Assembly (NCBI GenBank): GCA_964247055.1
Contig: OZ176052.1
Location: forward strand, 806,001 to 870,000
From: Paragordius varius
Lineage: Eukaryota; Animalia; Nematomorpha
Reading direction: 5' to 3'
DNA: 64,000 nt
Numbering within the stretch: the stretch's first letter is position 1; each line of letters begins with the position of its first letter. Below are positions 63,201 to 64,000 of the stretch, piece after piece. The position numbers were made by a program, and so were the translations under genes. A model generated the notes under the pieces. That model saw only the letters and a list, made by a program, of their open reading frames with translations, was not told the DNA's origin and did not search any database.

Positions 63201-64000
63201 ATAATTTTCGTAATTATTGGAATCACTCATCTTAAACTGTTTGCAACCAAATATTTTTAACTAATTTTTTATTGACCCGCTAAAATAATTAACAAAATAT
63301 ATATTTTAAGTTTAAAAATTTAATACCATTAAAAGTATTTAATTATCTTTAAAAGAAAATTTTTTGATGCTTGATAGATGGATGGTCGTTGCGATTGGAT
63401 TTAAAAGCTATAAATTTTATATAGGGAAATTAAAAAAACTGTTATTTAGTTTTTTTGGAAAAAAATTCAAATAAGTATCATTTTTAAATCTAAGATTTCT
63501 TTTATAATGTAATAGAAAGTTAAGAAATATCATCTTTTTGTAAAACAAATCAAAATACCCAGAGGAGTTGAAGATATGAATTCGACATAACATAACTATA
63601 GAATTATGAATTTAAAAGAACTTTGGTTAAGTTCTCGGCGTCTTTTAATTTTAATTTGTTTTCCAAAAGCAATTTAGCTTCCGAGTAGAGTTTAACCGAT
63701 TTTGGCGGGATATCAAATGCGTTTAAGTTACCTATTTTATAAGATAATTCAAACCAGACGATGTCCTAGCATTTTCAATCACTATACTTTTATTTAGATA
63801 TATATCTTACCTGGGTGGTATTAGGACATTATAATAATTTGTAATTTGATGAGATAAAATATCAAAAGATAATTTGATTGGGTTCTTTGAATCTAAATAT
63901 AATTTTAATTTGGTTTACACATTTGACTCCACACGCAGAGCCCCACATCAAGTTGCATCCTTCCATCATTGAAGCGTCCCCTTCAATCTCACCCGTAATA
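60290..64000 (-). CDS. TASP1: Threonine aspartase 1 (Taspase-1, Ntn-hydrolase / asparaginase-2 family), 5' end outside the window
   Basis: Exons in minus-strand order: >64000-63921, 63892-63811, 63786-63755, 63731-63622, 63595-63559, 63069-62960, 62611-62452, 61642-61523, 60963-60873, 60524-60290, with consistent phases. Motifs GEIEGDASMMEG, KNPIKL, IPPS, TVGAVCID..G....VSSGG..LK..GRVG, AAMYGCGCWAQN, AVSTTGCGEQLIRNLLAK and EILWGHTCRSMCIAY match recalled Taspase-1. Exon 63559-63595 and the extreme 3' end are less certain. Confidence 0.9.

Noticed and set aside
63070-63558. Extra TASP1 exons in the 489-nt intron (GC-richer patches near 63130-63230 and 63360-63410)
   Set aside because: No donor/acceptor combination I tried kept the frame open; left unresolved without RNA data.

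Overview
Very AT-rich eukaryotic (metazoan-type) genomic DNA; no prokaryotic features. Four protein genes could be assembled by hand with consistent splice phases: a two-exon Tis11/ZFP36-family tandem CCCH gene (+, 4763-7064), a 21-exon Serrate/Ars2 (SRRT) gene (-, 13393-39530, about 1131 aa), AP-2 sigma subunit AP2S1 (+, 39594-40123, 142 aa, start codon only 63 bp from that of SRRT) and the 3' part of Taspase-1 (-, 60290 to window end). There is also a U1 snRNA gene (58188-58350) and a low-confidence orphan single-pass membrane gene. The rest is transposon-derived: two hAT fossils, RTE-clade LINEs carrying a PHD-like finger, several MITE families, intronic tandem arrays, and a 5.1-kb foldback element with ~1-kb arms that encloses an RTE ORF. 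The most unusual signals are: (1) homology-supported spliceosomal introns of only 23-28 nt in AP2S1 and TASP1 next to kb-long introns in SRRT; (2) a minimal type I hammerhead-ribozyme-like motif on the sense strand of an SRRT intron; (3) the LINE-carrying foldback element; (4) tandem amplification of an exon end plus its splice donor; (5) a Gly-Thr instead of Asp-Thr autocleavage junction in Taspase-1. All coordinates were read by eye; family assignments rest on recalled motifs, not database searches.
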